Below, in pieces: positions 13,115 through 26,500 of a stretch of 64,000 bases of DNA; the first letter of the stretch is position 1, and each line of letters opens with the position of its first letter. The notes beneath the pieces were generated by a model. That model worked only from the letters and a program-made list of their open reading frames with translations. It ran no database searches and was not told the DNA's origin. The DNA comes from Eledone cirrhosa (taxonomy: Eukaryota): contig OZ024740.1 in assembly GCA_964016885.1 (NCBI GenBank), forward strand, positions 225,494,001-225,558,000. The letters are read 5' to 3'. Made by a program: the position numbers and the translations under genes.

Positions 13115-15239
13115 TTACCTTACTTCTCGTAGGGGAAGGACGGTTTTTCCATCCTTTTCACTGCTTGTGGCCTCCTCAGGAAGGATGTCCTTATAAATCC
13201 TCCTGGAGAGTGCTTGTCGGAAGTCTCCGATGTCTTTGGGGAATTTTTGTTTTAGTGCCATGTACGTTTTCTGTGTGATGCGAGTGATTTGTATGTGTGG
13301 AGGTGGTGTAAATTTTGGGGTTGTTGTGTAGTCTTTTTCTGTGATGCTGGTGTTGTGTTGGATGTAGTGTAATAATTGCTTGTTGTTCAAATTTAATTGT
13401 TTCTACGTTAGGCACAAGGCCAGCAAATACCCAGTGCATTACTGGTACTTTATTTTATCGACCCCGTAAGGATGAAAGGCAAAGTTAACCTTGGCAGGAT
13501 TTGAACTCAGAAAGGCAAGGGCCGTAACTCTATACGTCAAAGCATGGCGTCCAACCCTCTACCAATACTGCCAATCCACCGCCCTTGTTCAAATTTAATG
13601 CTGTGTAGTGTGTATCGTTTTGGTTGTTTTGTTTTGTTTGCGTTTGTTGTGGGTTTGTTTCTGTTACGCTTTTTGGTGACTTTTGTGGTGTTGGTGTTTG
13701 TGGTGATGGGGTTGGTGATGCTGGTGTGGATGGGGGCATTTCTGTCCTAACTTTTTTTGATAATTTATTTGTTTCCCTCTGTATTTTGTTTTTGGAAGGA
13801 AGCGATTTTTTTCTTTTTGGGTTTCTTCTTTTCTTTTTTCCTGATACCGTTTCCCACTCCTCGTCGTCACAATGTGTCTCCAGTTGCGATAAGCCGGGGA
13901 GTGGAAAATCCTCCACAGGTGTTGATTTTGGTTGTGGCGTGGTGGATGGTGTAGGCGCTGGTGCTAGTTCTGGCACGTTGGGTAATGGGGGTGTTGGTTT
14001 TGCAACTGTTGCTGGGGTTGTTGCTGTTACAGTTGCTTCTGTTGTTGCTGCTACAGTTGTTGCTGCGATTTCTGCTGCTGGTGGTGTTGATGGTTGAGTC
14101 ACTGGGGTGGGTAAGTGAGGTGGCCTCAACCTTTTAGCCTGAGGGCAGAAAGCCCTTAGGTGGGTTCCTTCACCACAAACGACACACCTAGGTCTTCTGC
14201 TCTCGACGATTACGGTGAGGTGGCTGCCGTCAGTGAGGTCTGTTACCTCTGGGATCTCCTCAATGCTGTTATGGTCCGCTTGGATGAGGAGCTCCATCCC
14301 AAATCCGGACCAGTTCTCCTGCTTTTCTTTCGCTATTTCAATTATCTTGGTGTTGGCCTCGATGCCGGCGAGGACGGCAGCCATTAGCCAGGGAATTTCG
14401 ATGGCCGGTGGAACGTGGGTCACCCTGATCTTCACAAGTCTCTGGCCACAATAGCTTGGGACGAGTGTGAAGTCGTTACTTCTTAATGGGGTCATGGAGT
14501 GTTCTCTGGCCTCCTGTGGTGTTTCAAAGAACACGTCCACGGTTCCATACTTCTGCCCACGTCTGATGTGGGTTTTTTTTGCCCACACATTTCCCAAAGC
14601 TTTTTTGATTTGGGACTTGGATGCCCGTTCCACTCGGCGTGATTTTGTGTTTATCGTCCGATATGACACAGTGCATAAGCGCCGATGCTACATTTTATTA
14701 GGTGTAGGGGGCTGACCCTGTAACCATCTTTTTTTACCATTCGCTTGGCTTCATTTAATTCATCCTGGATTTCCGCGATTGTTTCGCTTTTCTTGGCTGC
14801 GTTGGCAAACGACACATTTTGATTTGCGGTGGTGTTGATGTTGTTGTTGCTGTTGTTGTTATTGTTTGTTTTAGTTTCAGTTGTGGTGGTGTCAGTGGTG
14901 TTCGGCGTGGAAGAATCGATTTTGGGTCAATCCATTTTGATGTCACGAGATAATACTTTTTTTTTGTTTCTGTTGTCGCTGTGGTGGTGTGGTGTCAGTG
15001 GTGTTCGTTGTTCTGTTTGACATTATGGTGGTGGGGTGGCGGCTTTAACACCTGCAGTTATCGGTAATGGCGGGAAATTCATGTCTTTATGCGCCATATC
15101 TAAATAATTAAGACTGCTATTAATTATATTTTCAGTGTTGGCAACCGTAGCAAGGCTTACAATGGTGTTGGTGTTGGTGATGGTGGGGGAGGACCGGGGG
15201 GGGGGGGGTTCTGTTAAAAACAGTAAATTTGTCGTCCAT
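13115..15239 (-). pseudogene. Tx1 ORF1 (gag-like, CCHC knuckle), interrupted by a SINE and 5' frameshifts
   Basis: CVVCGEGTHLRAFC knuckle, Pro/Thr-rich and basic tail; 13530..14669 and 13115..13390 join in frame (…ALNLN|NKQLL…) once the SINE is removed; probable ATG at 15239. Confidence 0.8.
13398..13584 (-). mobile_element. SINE family A inserted in Tx1 ORF1, 15-bp TSD
   Basis: TSD TTGTTCAAATTTAAT at 13383-13397 and 13585-13599. Confidence 0.92.
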
Positions 15240-15448
15240 GTTTTTTTTCAAAGAAATATTTTGTTTGATGAATAAAAAGTTTAAGTTTTGGCCTCAAGAC
15301 CCCAATATTTTTTTGTGTCCTTTTCAGAAAGCAATGTATGTGAACTTATAAACACTTAACAACACAAATTTTCCATAACTGGCAATTTGAAACAACTGAA
15401 AACGAAACCTTTGCGGAGCTCACGATAATATGATTTCCTACGTAGGTC

Positions 15449-15467
15449 AATAATAATAATAATAATG

Positions 15468-15501
<34 letters not shown>

Positions 15502-18500
15502 TTTCTTTATTAACCACAAGGGTTTACATAAAGTAGACATTAAGGACAGTGCAGGACAATACAGGACGGTACAAATGGGCATTTCTGCGTGTAAAAAACA
15601 AAAACAGAGGATGTAACAAAAAATAACAATGAAAAATTCCCCAATAGGGGGGAGACTTCCGAGGGACATTTGTGGAGAAAGCCCAGTAAAAGGCCACAAT
15701 GACACTGACCACCAAGGCAAGTGCCCTCTCCCAGTTTTCCACCTTTAATTTACAGATATATACTCAGAGTAGGCCCATTCACTCGGGCCATTCTTGCTTC
15801 TCTCACCCATCTTTCAACAAAATGCTGGGAAGAGAGCACTTCCCTCTCTACTCTGATTTTCCTTTTCAAATGAAATTTGAAAAAGGCAATCAGAGCATCA
15901 CCGAAGAGGTAAGTGCTCGTCTTCAGCCCTTTCAAACGTGTCCACCATACTATCTCTTTCGCCATGGCCACCAGACAGATAAAAACTGACTGCCCTTCCC
16001 GGCTAAAGAAGGAGGGTGGGGCAATCCTCACGATGGACTCAGCTGATAGCCGGATCCGTCCTAAACGCTACAGCAGGTGTTCGACATAAACCCACAAGTC
16101 AGCAATTTTCGGACACTGGACGAGTGCGTGCAGGACGGTTTTGTCGCCCTGCGCGCATCTCGGACATGCCCGGCTGACGGCACCTCCATGCCTGTAGAGT
16201 TTATCCCGAACTGGCAAGGCCCCTCGGTAGCACTGCCAGGCCAGAGATTTCTGGATGTTGTCCATAGGCCCTGGCCCGAAAGTTCTTCCGAAGAGATTAG
16301 CTAGTTGATTTTCGTCGACGCCTAGAGTTTCCCCAAGTACGTCGTCGCTCTTCCCCTCCACTAATGCTCTATAGAACGCCGAGGTGGAGTTTCCACCGAT
16401 CACATTGCCCGATTGGTCGAGGGCTGTGAGCGCCTGAAGACGTTCCAGTCTCCAAGCGCTCCCTCTCGGTCTTCGCTTGACCCAGGACTGCAGCTCCGTC
16501 AAGGAAACGAGCTGGGGAAATACGTGTTTAGCAAACGGCGACCACACCTGATCACCGTCGAGGAAGAGGTGGAGATGTAGCCTGAGCGCGTGCCTGCGCA
16601 TCATCAGCCACGGCATGCCCAGCCTTCCACGTAGCTGGTGTTGACAACAGATGGACCGCCTGACCATCGGAGCGTGTCCCTTACAGAAGAAGCGAAAGAG
16701 CAAACACTCCAGCGCAGTCAGGCGAGGCTTAGGACAAGGTATGACGGTCAGGCGGTAGCAGATGACACGTGATGTACGCGTTAGCCACCTCCGCTCGACC
16801 TTTCAGGGATAGCTTCCACTCCGCCCATTTCTGGGTGAGAGAAGCCACCCTGCTCGTCACCTCGTCCCAGCTTTTGTCCGTCTGGAGAACTTGACCGAAC
16901 CAGACCCCTAGCAATTTAACCGGTCCGTCCGTCCAGCGTCCAACAACGCTGTTGGACGGCATAGACCTGCCTCTCCAGATGCCGAGCTGCAGGCCCACTG
17001 ACTTTTCCTGGTTGATCATTGCTCCTGTCACCGCTTCGTATTCTCTTAGTGTATTGCCGATCGCCTCGACATGTTTGGCGTTCGACACCACTACGGTGAC
17101 ATCGTCCGCATATGCTGACACAGATCTTCCGCATGCTAGTTCGCGCGGGACGCCCCTCAACGTCTCCAGTTTGTGCAGTAATGGCTCGAGAGTCAATACG
17201 TACAAGAGGGATGAGAGGGGACATCCTTGGCGGACCGAGCGCATGATGTTGAACGGTTCCGACAGGTGACCATTCACTCTCACCACAGAGCAGTTGTCGC
17301 TGTGCATGGCAGCTATCCAGCCTTTGAAGACGGGCTCAAAGCCGCCGACCTCAAGACTGCCGCTAGGTAACGATGGTCGACCCTATCGAAAGCTTTCGAC
17401 TGATCTAAATTGATCAAGGACCCACCCGTGCAAGGTTCCCTAGCTACCCTCTCTACGATGTATCGCATAAGGTAAAGGTTGTCGTGGATGGATCTGTCGG
17501 GAATGGCGCATGTCTGCGCCTCTCCCACCAGACCACCAACGACAAGCGCCAACCTCTTTGCTAGCACCTTAGCCAAAATCTTGAACTCTGTGTTTAGCAG
17601 AGTTATGGGCCGGAAATTATCTGTTATCCCCCTTGTTCGGATCCTTTCCAGCAGTGCCACCGCTCCTCGGCTCACAGAACTGGGAATTCTCCCGTTCTGT
17701 TGCCAGTTGCAGTAGACGTCCGCCAAGAGTCCTCCGAACAAGTCTGGCATCTGTACGTAAAGTTCATAGGGCAGACCATCCAAACCAGGCGATTTACCCC
17801 TTGTGCAGCCAGTCTTTGTCTCCCTTACTTCAGCGGCTGTTATCGGCTTTTCGCAACATTTCCGGTCAGTGGCCGAGAGCTGCGGCAGTCCGTCGAGGTA
17901 GACACTAAAGTCCATCCCTCGACCCGGCCCACCGCTGCCCCCGAACAGTTGAGCGAAGTGTCGCTGAAAAGCTTCACACATTTGCCCGGGATCGAGTAGC
18001 ATGCGCCCGTCGTGGTCCACCAAAGACCGGATCGTGGCTTTGTTGCCACGACGCGCCACCGCCACTCGGGCCCATTGAACGGCTTTCGTCCCCTCGTGTC
18101 TGAGAGCACGCACCCTTGCTCTGACAAAGCAGCCTTCGTGCTTTGCATTGAAGAATTGGTCAAAGGCCAATTTCGCTGCAAGCACGTCGGTCGTAATGCC
18201 TTTGCTAAACGCCTCGTCTAATTTTCTAACTAGTTCTCCCTCTGCTCTATTTTTCTCTATTGCTAAACCTTTACTAAACCTAATCGATTCTATTCTAATC
18301 GCTCTTTTCAGAGCAAACCACCACTTGTTGTTGACGATGGCCCCGGTCAACGCCCGCTTAACTAGTTCGCTAACCCGACCCTGTAGGCCTTGCGCGCTGG
18401 TAAGGAGGCGTTTAGCTTCCAGTAGCCGGGTCCTTGTCTATGAAGCCTATCTAAGTCAAGCACACAAATCACGAATTTGTGGTCTGTGTAGCTGACTATC

Positions 18501-20288
18501 TTGAATTGTGGACAGCCTATGCTAGACCTATCTATTTCCCTACAAAATACTCTATCTAGATATGATCTGGATGACCCTATGCGATTTGTCCAAGTCCACA
18601 TTGGCACATTCGGGAAATCCAATCGGAACCTGTCAGACAGTTCAAAACGCCTGAGCAGGTTGGTGAGGCTCTTGCACGCTCCACCCCTATCCACTAATCC
18701 CACACAATCCCAGCGTGCATCTAAGATCCCGTTCCAGTCGCCCACTAACACTAAAGAGCGGGACGTTCCAAGAAAGGTCTCCAGACGCCGGAAGAAATCA
18801 GGCCGCACTGCTCCTGTCGGGGCATAGACGGCCACTAGCCTGAAAGCTTGCCCGTCTCCGCTGGTCACGTCCAGCACCACCAACTTACCCTCTGGGTCCA
18901 GGAAGATGGCCCGTATGGCGAGATCCAAACCTCTCCGAAAAAGCACAGCAACTCCTCGCCCCGATCCAGGACGGCTGGGAGATGCGTACACATCGTAGCC
19001 GCCGAAGATCGGTGCGAAGGCCCGTGCTTCGGATATTCTGGTCTCGCTGATGGCCACTACATCTATGTTTAGTGACCTGAGGTCGTTGAGCAGTTGACCC
19101 TGCTTCCATGACGACCCCAAGCCACTCGCATTTATGCTGCCTATTCTGAGTGAGGTCATGTTTAAAATAGAGTGGGTCAGTTTGACCCTCACAATTTTTT
19201 GCCCGCAGTAGGAGGGCACCAACACCATTTCCTCGCTCCTTAGGGTCACTAAGGATTAAGCCTTTGCCTCCTGGGGTGTGGCAAAAAGTCCGTCTACGGT
19301 GGCATATTTCTTGCCTCGGGTGATGTGCGTTTTCCGCTGCCACACAGACCCCAAGGCATTTTGTATTTGAGCCTCTGTGGCTCTTTCAACCCTACGGGAT
19401 TTTGTACTTACTGTACGGTACGTGACCGTACAGTGCTGTTGGGTTTCGAAAAACGTTTCCGCTGCCTTGCAGATTGCTCGGTGTCCAGTTTTTGTCACCA
19501 TCTTCTTCGCTTCCTCTAATTCCTCATTTGTTATGAGGATGGTTTCCAGGTTCTTCGCGATACCTGCAAATGAGATTGGTTTTTCTTTGCTGCTGTTGTT
19601 GTTGTTGTTGTTGTCGTCAGAGCTGCTGTTACTTTTGTTGTTGCTGCAGGTAATACGACTACTGCCGCCGCCGCTATTGCTGTGGTTGTTGTTGTTGTTG
19701 CTGCTGCTAATGCTGTTGTTGTTTATGCTGCTGCTGATGCTGTTGCGGCTGCTACTGTTGTTTTCATTGTCACTGTTGATGTTGTTATTACGGCTGCTAC
19801 TGCTATTATTCCTGACGTCAGACGAATGAAATGGGTTTTCGTATTTCCCGCACACCTGTTTCGTCGTTGTCGTCGTCGTCGTGGAGAAATCTTGCACGCT
19901 TTGCACGAGACTTTTCTTTTCTGTCGTCGCTTGCGAAAGAGAAGGGAGGGAGAGAGACACATTTAAAGAAGGGAGGGAGAGAGACAATCTTCTCTCTGAT
20001 GTAGTGACGATTGAGGAAGAAGAAGACGGAATGAGTGGGAGTGACCTATGACTATTATTTTTCGTAGCCATGTTGTTTTTTTTTGTTTAAAATAAATATT
20101 GGGCACAAAACCCCAATAAGCAGTTATTTAACCCCGAAGGGCCAAATAACGGGCAGAAAGACCCCTCTCACGAGGAGGAGGGTGTTTTTGTCTACAAGTT
20201 GGTTAAACTTTTAAACAATTTACAATTGTTATAGCGTTCAAAATGTACAATACCTTACAGAGCCGAACCTCCGTCAACCATAGTATTC
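15449..20288 (-). mobile_element. Tx1/L1-clade LINE, copy 2 (ORF1 internally deleted, ORF2 frameshifted)
   Basis: ORF2 pieces 15750..19160 are closely similar to copy 1; ORF1 N-part 19256..20071; (ATT)n tail at 15449-15499. Confidence 0.93.
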
Positions 20289-20328
<40 letters not shown>

Positions 20329-21080
20329 GTTTCTTTATTTATCACAAAGGGGTTTACCAATAAAGTATATTAAGGACAGCACAGGATGGTACAAATATGA
20401 GTTTCTGCATGTATAAAACCCCTTAAAAACAAAAACAAAGCATGTAACAAAAAATTGAAACAAAGGAAAATTTACCAACTGTGGGGAGACATCTGATGGT
20501 TGCTTGTGGAGAACCCCACAAAGAGCCATGGTAAGCATGACCATCAGGGCAAGTGGCAGGACAATCTTCACGATGGATTCAGCTGATAGCTAGATCCATC
20601 TTACATGCAGCAGCAGGGGTTCGACAAATAAAAAAAAAGTCAGCAATGCTGAAAGACTTGACGATTGCATGCATGATGGTTTCATCACCTGTATCTCCGA
20701 CATGTCTGGTTGATGACACTTCCATGCATGTAGAATCTATCCCGAACTGGCAAAGCTCCTCAGTAACACAAGCCAGTTTCTAGGAAGGTCTCCAGTTGCC
20801 TGAAGAAATCAGGCTGTCCTGCCCCTGTTGGAGCATAAACAGCCACTAGCCTGAAAGCATAGTCTTTGCAGCTGGTCAAGTCCAGCACCATCAACTTATC
20901 TTCTGGGTCCAGAAAGATGGTCCGCATCATGAGATCCATGATAACCCCAAGCCACGTGCATTTATGCTGCCTATTCTGAGTAAGGCCATGTTGAAAGAAA
21001 AGTAAGAATAGGTGAGAAAAACCACTTACCTCAGTCCTGTTGAGAAAGGATGGTTCCTCTGTCCTTCAGGATGGTTGTGG
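20289..21080 (-). mobile_element. Tx1 copy 3: diverged, multiply deleted derivative
   Basis: (ATT)n tail 20289-20327; 3' UTR; ORF2 C-terminal piece; endonuclease pieces; ORF2 start and inter-ORF; ORF1 end; all homologous to copies 1 and 2. Confidence 0.85.
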
Positions 21081-22327
21081 ATGGGAAGGGGTGATTTTTC
21101 ATCATAGCATTCTATGACCAAATGCCCTTTCTGATTCTTCATATGTTGTACTGTTGAGCTATGGGACACCTTTGGCAAGTGTCTTCTACATTTTCATAAT
21201 GTTCATAAAACATTTTCCTCAACATGTCAGGAAAAAATAAACTGAAATGAGCAACTTTCCATTTTCAAGATTAAGCAATATACCTGAAACAAATTTTAAT
21301 TCATTAAACAAATACTGGCATTTATTTGACAGATATAGAATGTTGTTCAATAAAATGTAGAGAAAAAGAAAGCAACATTGGAAAATAAATGCCATAAATG
21401 AGAGGGAAAGGAGGGAAAGTGCAAGGACTACTAGGCAAAGGAGGAATGAGTGAGGGTGACTGACTCTTGCCCCAAAGGCAAAATAGCAAAGGCGTTTCCA
21501 CAGACTATGGCCAGCGACACCCGCTGCAACAGCCAACCCACATAACGAGGCTCCTTCTTCAGCAATAAATTAGTTATATCGTTATCCTCATTTTAGTCTA
21601 CTTTTCATGCTAGCATGGGTTGTACAGCTCGAGTATTTATTCAGAGTTACTGCCCATCTAGATGGATTAGAGAACTATGTTAAGCTTATATATTTCTACA
21701 TAGAAAATATATGCCACACTCCAAAGCTTCATACAATGCGACAGAGTAAAAAAAAAGACTAAATAAAATAACACTGTCCACAGACATTACTGAAAAACTG
21801 AAAAGTATAGTGAATAATATTTCGTGTATTTTATATAGTATATTTTATCTTTTAAGTGTAAGCTATAGAAAAAAGATTCATCTTCTTAGAATTATTTCAG
21901 TTTTTTTCCCCTCATAACATAGTTATTTTCATTTTGAATGATTGTGTTATCGATGCTAAATAATTTTGATGATGATGATGATGATGTTGATGATGACAGC
22001 CACTATGATCATGGTGCTGATTATGATTAGAAAATAACATTGGTTTGATGATAATGAAGAAGAGGAATAGAACGAGAGGGAAGGGGAAGAAGGAGAAGTA
22101 AATGACAGGGGAGGGGAAGAGAAAGATGATGCCCACAGTGACAATATAAAAAGCAATAACAAGAATATGCAATAGTGATAATAATAATAGTAATAATAAT
22201 AATAATCATATATATATATATACACATATCTATCTATATATGTCTGTATCTATCTATCTGTATATATATACATATCTATATGCATATACATATATATAAA
22301 TAAAGATAAATATATATATATATATAC

Positions 22328-22376
<49 letters not shown>

Positions 22377-22377
22377 C

Positions 22378-22412
<35 letters not shown>

Positions 22413-22429
22413 CATATACGTAAACATAC

Positions 22430-22491
<62 letters not shown>

Positions 22492-22604
22492 TATATACAT
22501 ATATATATACATATATACATATACGTATACATATATATATGTATATATATATATCATCATCATCAACGTTTAACGTCCGTGTTCCACGCTTGCATGGGTT
22601 TGGA

Positions 22605-22639
<35 letters not shown>

Positions 22640-22682
22640 TATATGCATATATACACATACATATACATACATATATATAAAC

Positions 22683-22715
<33 letters not shown>

Positions 22716-23041
22716 GATACATATATCTATCTCTCTACATATATATTTCTCCTAATCATGATCATCATTATCAATATGATAAAACGTCCATCGACAATAA
22801 TATGTAGTCAGTTTATATTTGATAGAAGAAATATAAGGGAAAAAATATATATATAAAATTTCCATAGATGTCAATGTCAGTCTTTTCTAATTCATCTTCA
22901 ACTTATGTTTCAAATTGCATTTACAAAAAAAAAAAAATTATTATCTCAACAATAACAAAAATTTGAAAACCAAAATACGTATACATACATATATGAGGAG
23001 CATATGTTTCAGTGTGTTATTATATATGTGAAATAGTACAT

Positions 23042-23044
<3 letters not shown>

Positions 23045-23072
<28 letters not shown>

Positions 23073-23255
23073 CCGTTTTACGTCCGTTCTTCCACGCTAG
23101 CATGGGTTAGACAGGTTGTCCTGTTGTGGGCAATGTCCAGTCGGCTGACCTTGTTTTTTTTCATATGGGAACTGATTCTGGCTTGATATCTACAGCTGGA
23201 TGCCCTTCCTTACACCAACCTCATTTACAGTGAGTGATGGGTGCTTTTTTCCGGG
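23045..23255 (-). mobile_element. 3' part of SINE family B / RTE 3' UTR
   Basis: matches 1063-1250 and 5440-5620. Confidence 0.8.
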
Positions 23256-23388
23256 GGGGGGGGCTTGTCCCTTGGTACCCCCCTGAAACAAGGCCCTTGG
23301 ATGTATATATATGATGTTGATGGACATAAGAAAGAGTACTCAGTAGCGAAGTAAATTTTAAATATGTTTTATTAAGGCAAGTGATGTG

Positions 23389-23439
23389 TCTTGTCTGAAG
23401 AGACTGTGAGTACACTGGTGAAACTCCAGAATAACAAGA
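23389..23439 (+). ncRNA. Hammerhead-like motif (degenerate) in a ~250-bp repeat also present at 36250-36495
   Basis: TCTTGT-CTGAAGA-…-GAAAC-TCCAGA-ATA-ACAAGA; stem I is 6 bp; C15.2/A16.2 mismatch; second copy 36359..36409 has a CTGTG/CACAG stem II. Confidence 0.55.
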
Positions 23440-23549
23440 ATAATCACTTCAACATAATAAAGTATATATATGTGTATATGATAGGAATTTAGATTGATTC
23501 AATGCTCTCTCTCTCTCCATATATACATGTATGCGTAAACAGCAAAAAA

Positions 23550-26500
23550 CACTAACCATGTTAGGGCTGCGTACGGTAGCGGGTTGGCTAGTGAGGCCAT
23601 GTGTGAGAACCCCACGACCGTCATCAAGCAATCGCACAACAGGAAAAAGAACGAGACGTCGCATCTCAGAGTTGCCACACTTAATGTTGGCACTCTAACA
23701 GGTAGATCTGGTGAGATAGCAGAGATGCTGGAGATAAGGCATGTGGATGTGTGCTGTGTGCAAGAGGTGAGATGGAGAGGTGCCTCTGCAAGACTAATCG
23801 CAGGCAAACATCGTAGATATAAGCTTTTTTGGGTGGATAATGATATGGGTTAGGTGGGGTGGGCATATTACTGGCTGAGAGGTGCATCAATAAGACAATA
23901 GAGGTAGTTAGAGTTAGTGATAGAATAATTAAGCTTAGATTAGTTGTAGGCAAGAGACTACTGACAATCATCTCTTCCTATGCTCCCCAGGCAGGCCTAG
24001 GTAAAGAAGAGAAAGACTGCTTTTACGAGCAAATTTTACAAGCAGCCTCACTGACAGAGGACAGAAACATCGTTATGCTAGCAGGGGACTTCAATGGAGA
24101 TGTTGGACAGCTCCAGGATGGATACACTGGGGTACATGGTGGGCAGGGTTACGGCTCAAGAAATGAAGAGGAGTGAGGCTTCTTGAATTTTGTGATGCAA
24201 ATGCACTAACCATTTGCAACACTAACTTCCAGAAGCCTACCAACCACCTAATAACCTACAAATCCGGTGAGCACATAAGCCAGATTGACTTCCTGCTAGT
24301 TAGACAGCGAGACAGACAGATGGTGTAAAATACTAAGGCATAACCGAAGGAAGAATGTACCCCACAGCAAAAGTTAGTCGATAGTGACCTCTCAGTAAGC
24401 ATGAGAAAGAATGAGACAAACAGGAAGGTGTGGAAAAGAAAAGTCTGGAAGCTAAAAGATCTTTCATTAAAATATAAATTTAGCAAAGCCCTTCAAGACG
24501 TGTATGACGAAAAAGAAGACGATTTAGAGTTGTATGACATAAATGATAACTAGAATTTCTTACATGACAACTTACTGCAGGCTACTGAAGAAACTTGTGG
24601 TCGGGGCAGAGCTTCAACCAAATAGAGAGTGACCTGGCCGTGGAACAGCATGGTAGATAGGGCCATTAGAGACAAAAGACTACCATGGAAGGCCTGGAAA
24701 AATGGTGGGAGTAGGGAAGGATACACAGCCACTAGGAGAGAAGCTAGACGTCAGGTGTACTTAGCACGCAGGGAGGCTGAGAGTAGGAGGTTTGCCAATG
24801 TTCTGTGACGGGAAGATCAGAGACGTGCAGTGTTCCGCATTGCAAGGCAGTGTGTCAGTGTAAATCAGGATGTTGTTGGAGATAAGTGTGTCTGGAATGA
24901 TGCCGGTGTACTTAGTGTCACGAAGGATAAAAAAAAAGAGGCCTGGAAATGTCACTATGAGAGACTGATGAATGTGGAGAATGAATGGGATAGAGAGAAA
25001 TTACCCCCAGTAGAGCCAACAGAGAGACCAGCTATTGAGATTGACGAATATAGGGTACAAGAGGCAATTAAGGAAATGAAGAATGGTAAATGCTGCTGGA
25101 CCGTCGGGGATAGGTGCTGAGATGCTGAAGGCATCAGGTGAAGTAGGCATTAAACTGGTTGCATGCATCATTAATCAAGCTATATATGGTGGTGTCATAC
25201 CCAAAGACTGGTGCAGCAGTATTCTCATAAATTGCTACAAAGGTAAAGGGGATGCTCTGGAGAGGAGCAATTATAGGGGCATAAGGCTGATGGATAGGTT
25301 ATGAAGGTGGCAGAGAGAATATTAGCACAACTGATTAGAGAAAGGGTCAAGTTAGTTGAGATGCAGTTTGGTTTTGTGCCTCGGAAAAGTACAACAGATG
25401 CTCTCTTCTTAGTGAGGCAACTACAAGAGAAGTTCTTAGAGAAGAATAAGCAATTATACTTAGCTTTTGTTGACCTAGAGAAGGCCTTAGATAGAGTACC
25501 CAGATCTATCATCTGGTGGTCCCTAAGGAAACTAGGTGTAGAGGAATGGCTTGTGAGGGCAGTGCAAGCTATGTACAGGAGTGCTGTCAGTAAAGTGAGA
25601 GTAGGTATGGAGTTTAGTGGGGAATTCCAGATACAAGTAGGTGTCCATCAGGGTTCGATCCTCAGCCCGTTCTTGTTCATTATAGTCTTCCAAGCCATAA
25701 CAGAGGAGTTTAAGACTGGATGCCCATGGGAACTTCTCTATGCTGATGATCTGGCTCTTATAGCAGAATGAGTACAGGAGCTATAGAATAAATTCTAGCT
25801 ATGGAAACAGCAGTTGGAATCAAGAGGACTGAGAGTGAACATAGCTAAGACAAAAGTGTTCATAAGTAGAAGAGAGGACAATACTCCGATTCCATCAGGG
25901 AAATGGCCATATTTGATACGTAGGAAAGGAACTGGCATACATTCCATAAAATGTAGGCAATGCAGATCTTGGGTACACAAGAGATGTAGTAGGATAGCAG
26001 GCAAACTAACAGGTATAGAAAAATACGTATGCAGTAGATGTACAGGGAAAGTTGGCAGTATTAATCGCAGTGATAGACACATTTTTCCAATACAGGTGGG
26101 TTTTATAGAAGTGGTTGATAGCTTCCGGTACCTACGTGATCAGATTAGCATGGGAAGGGGGTGTTCCGAGGCCATAGTATCTAGAATAAGGACGGGTTGG
26201 AAGAAGTTTAGGGAGCTGCTTCCTTTGTTGACAAAGAAGGGTTTCTCCCTGCATACGAAAGGATGGTTATATGATGCCTGTGTGAGATGCGCGATGCTGC
26301 ATGGTAGTGAGACATGGGCAGCAACTGCAGAGGATATGCAGAGAAATGAAGCAAGTATGCTCCATTGGATGTGCAATGTCAATGTGCATGAACGACGAAG
26401 CATAGACGAGTTGAGAAAGAAACTGGGTATAAGAGGGATAAGTTGTGGTGTGCAGGAGAGAAGGCTGAGATGGTATGGACATGTGATGCGCATGGAGGAT

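Larger units (their letters stand above)
9392..15448 (-). mobile_element. Tx1/L1-clade non-LTR retrotransposon, copy 1 (full length, frameshifted)
   Basis: ORF1 with CCHC knuckle; ORF2 with APE endonuclease, RT and C-terminal CCHC; 3' AATAAA followed by (ATT)n tail at 9392-9417. Confidence 0.93.

Noticed and set aside
21300-21565. Purine-rich segment similar to 54400-54530 and 56130-56215
   Set aside because: Clearly an old dispersed repeat, but it cannot be classified from this window
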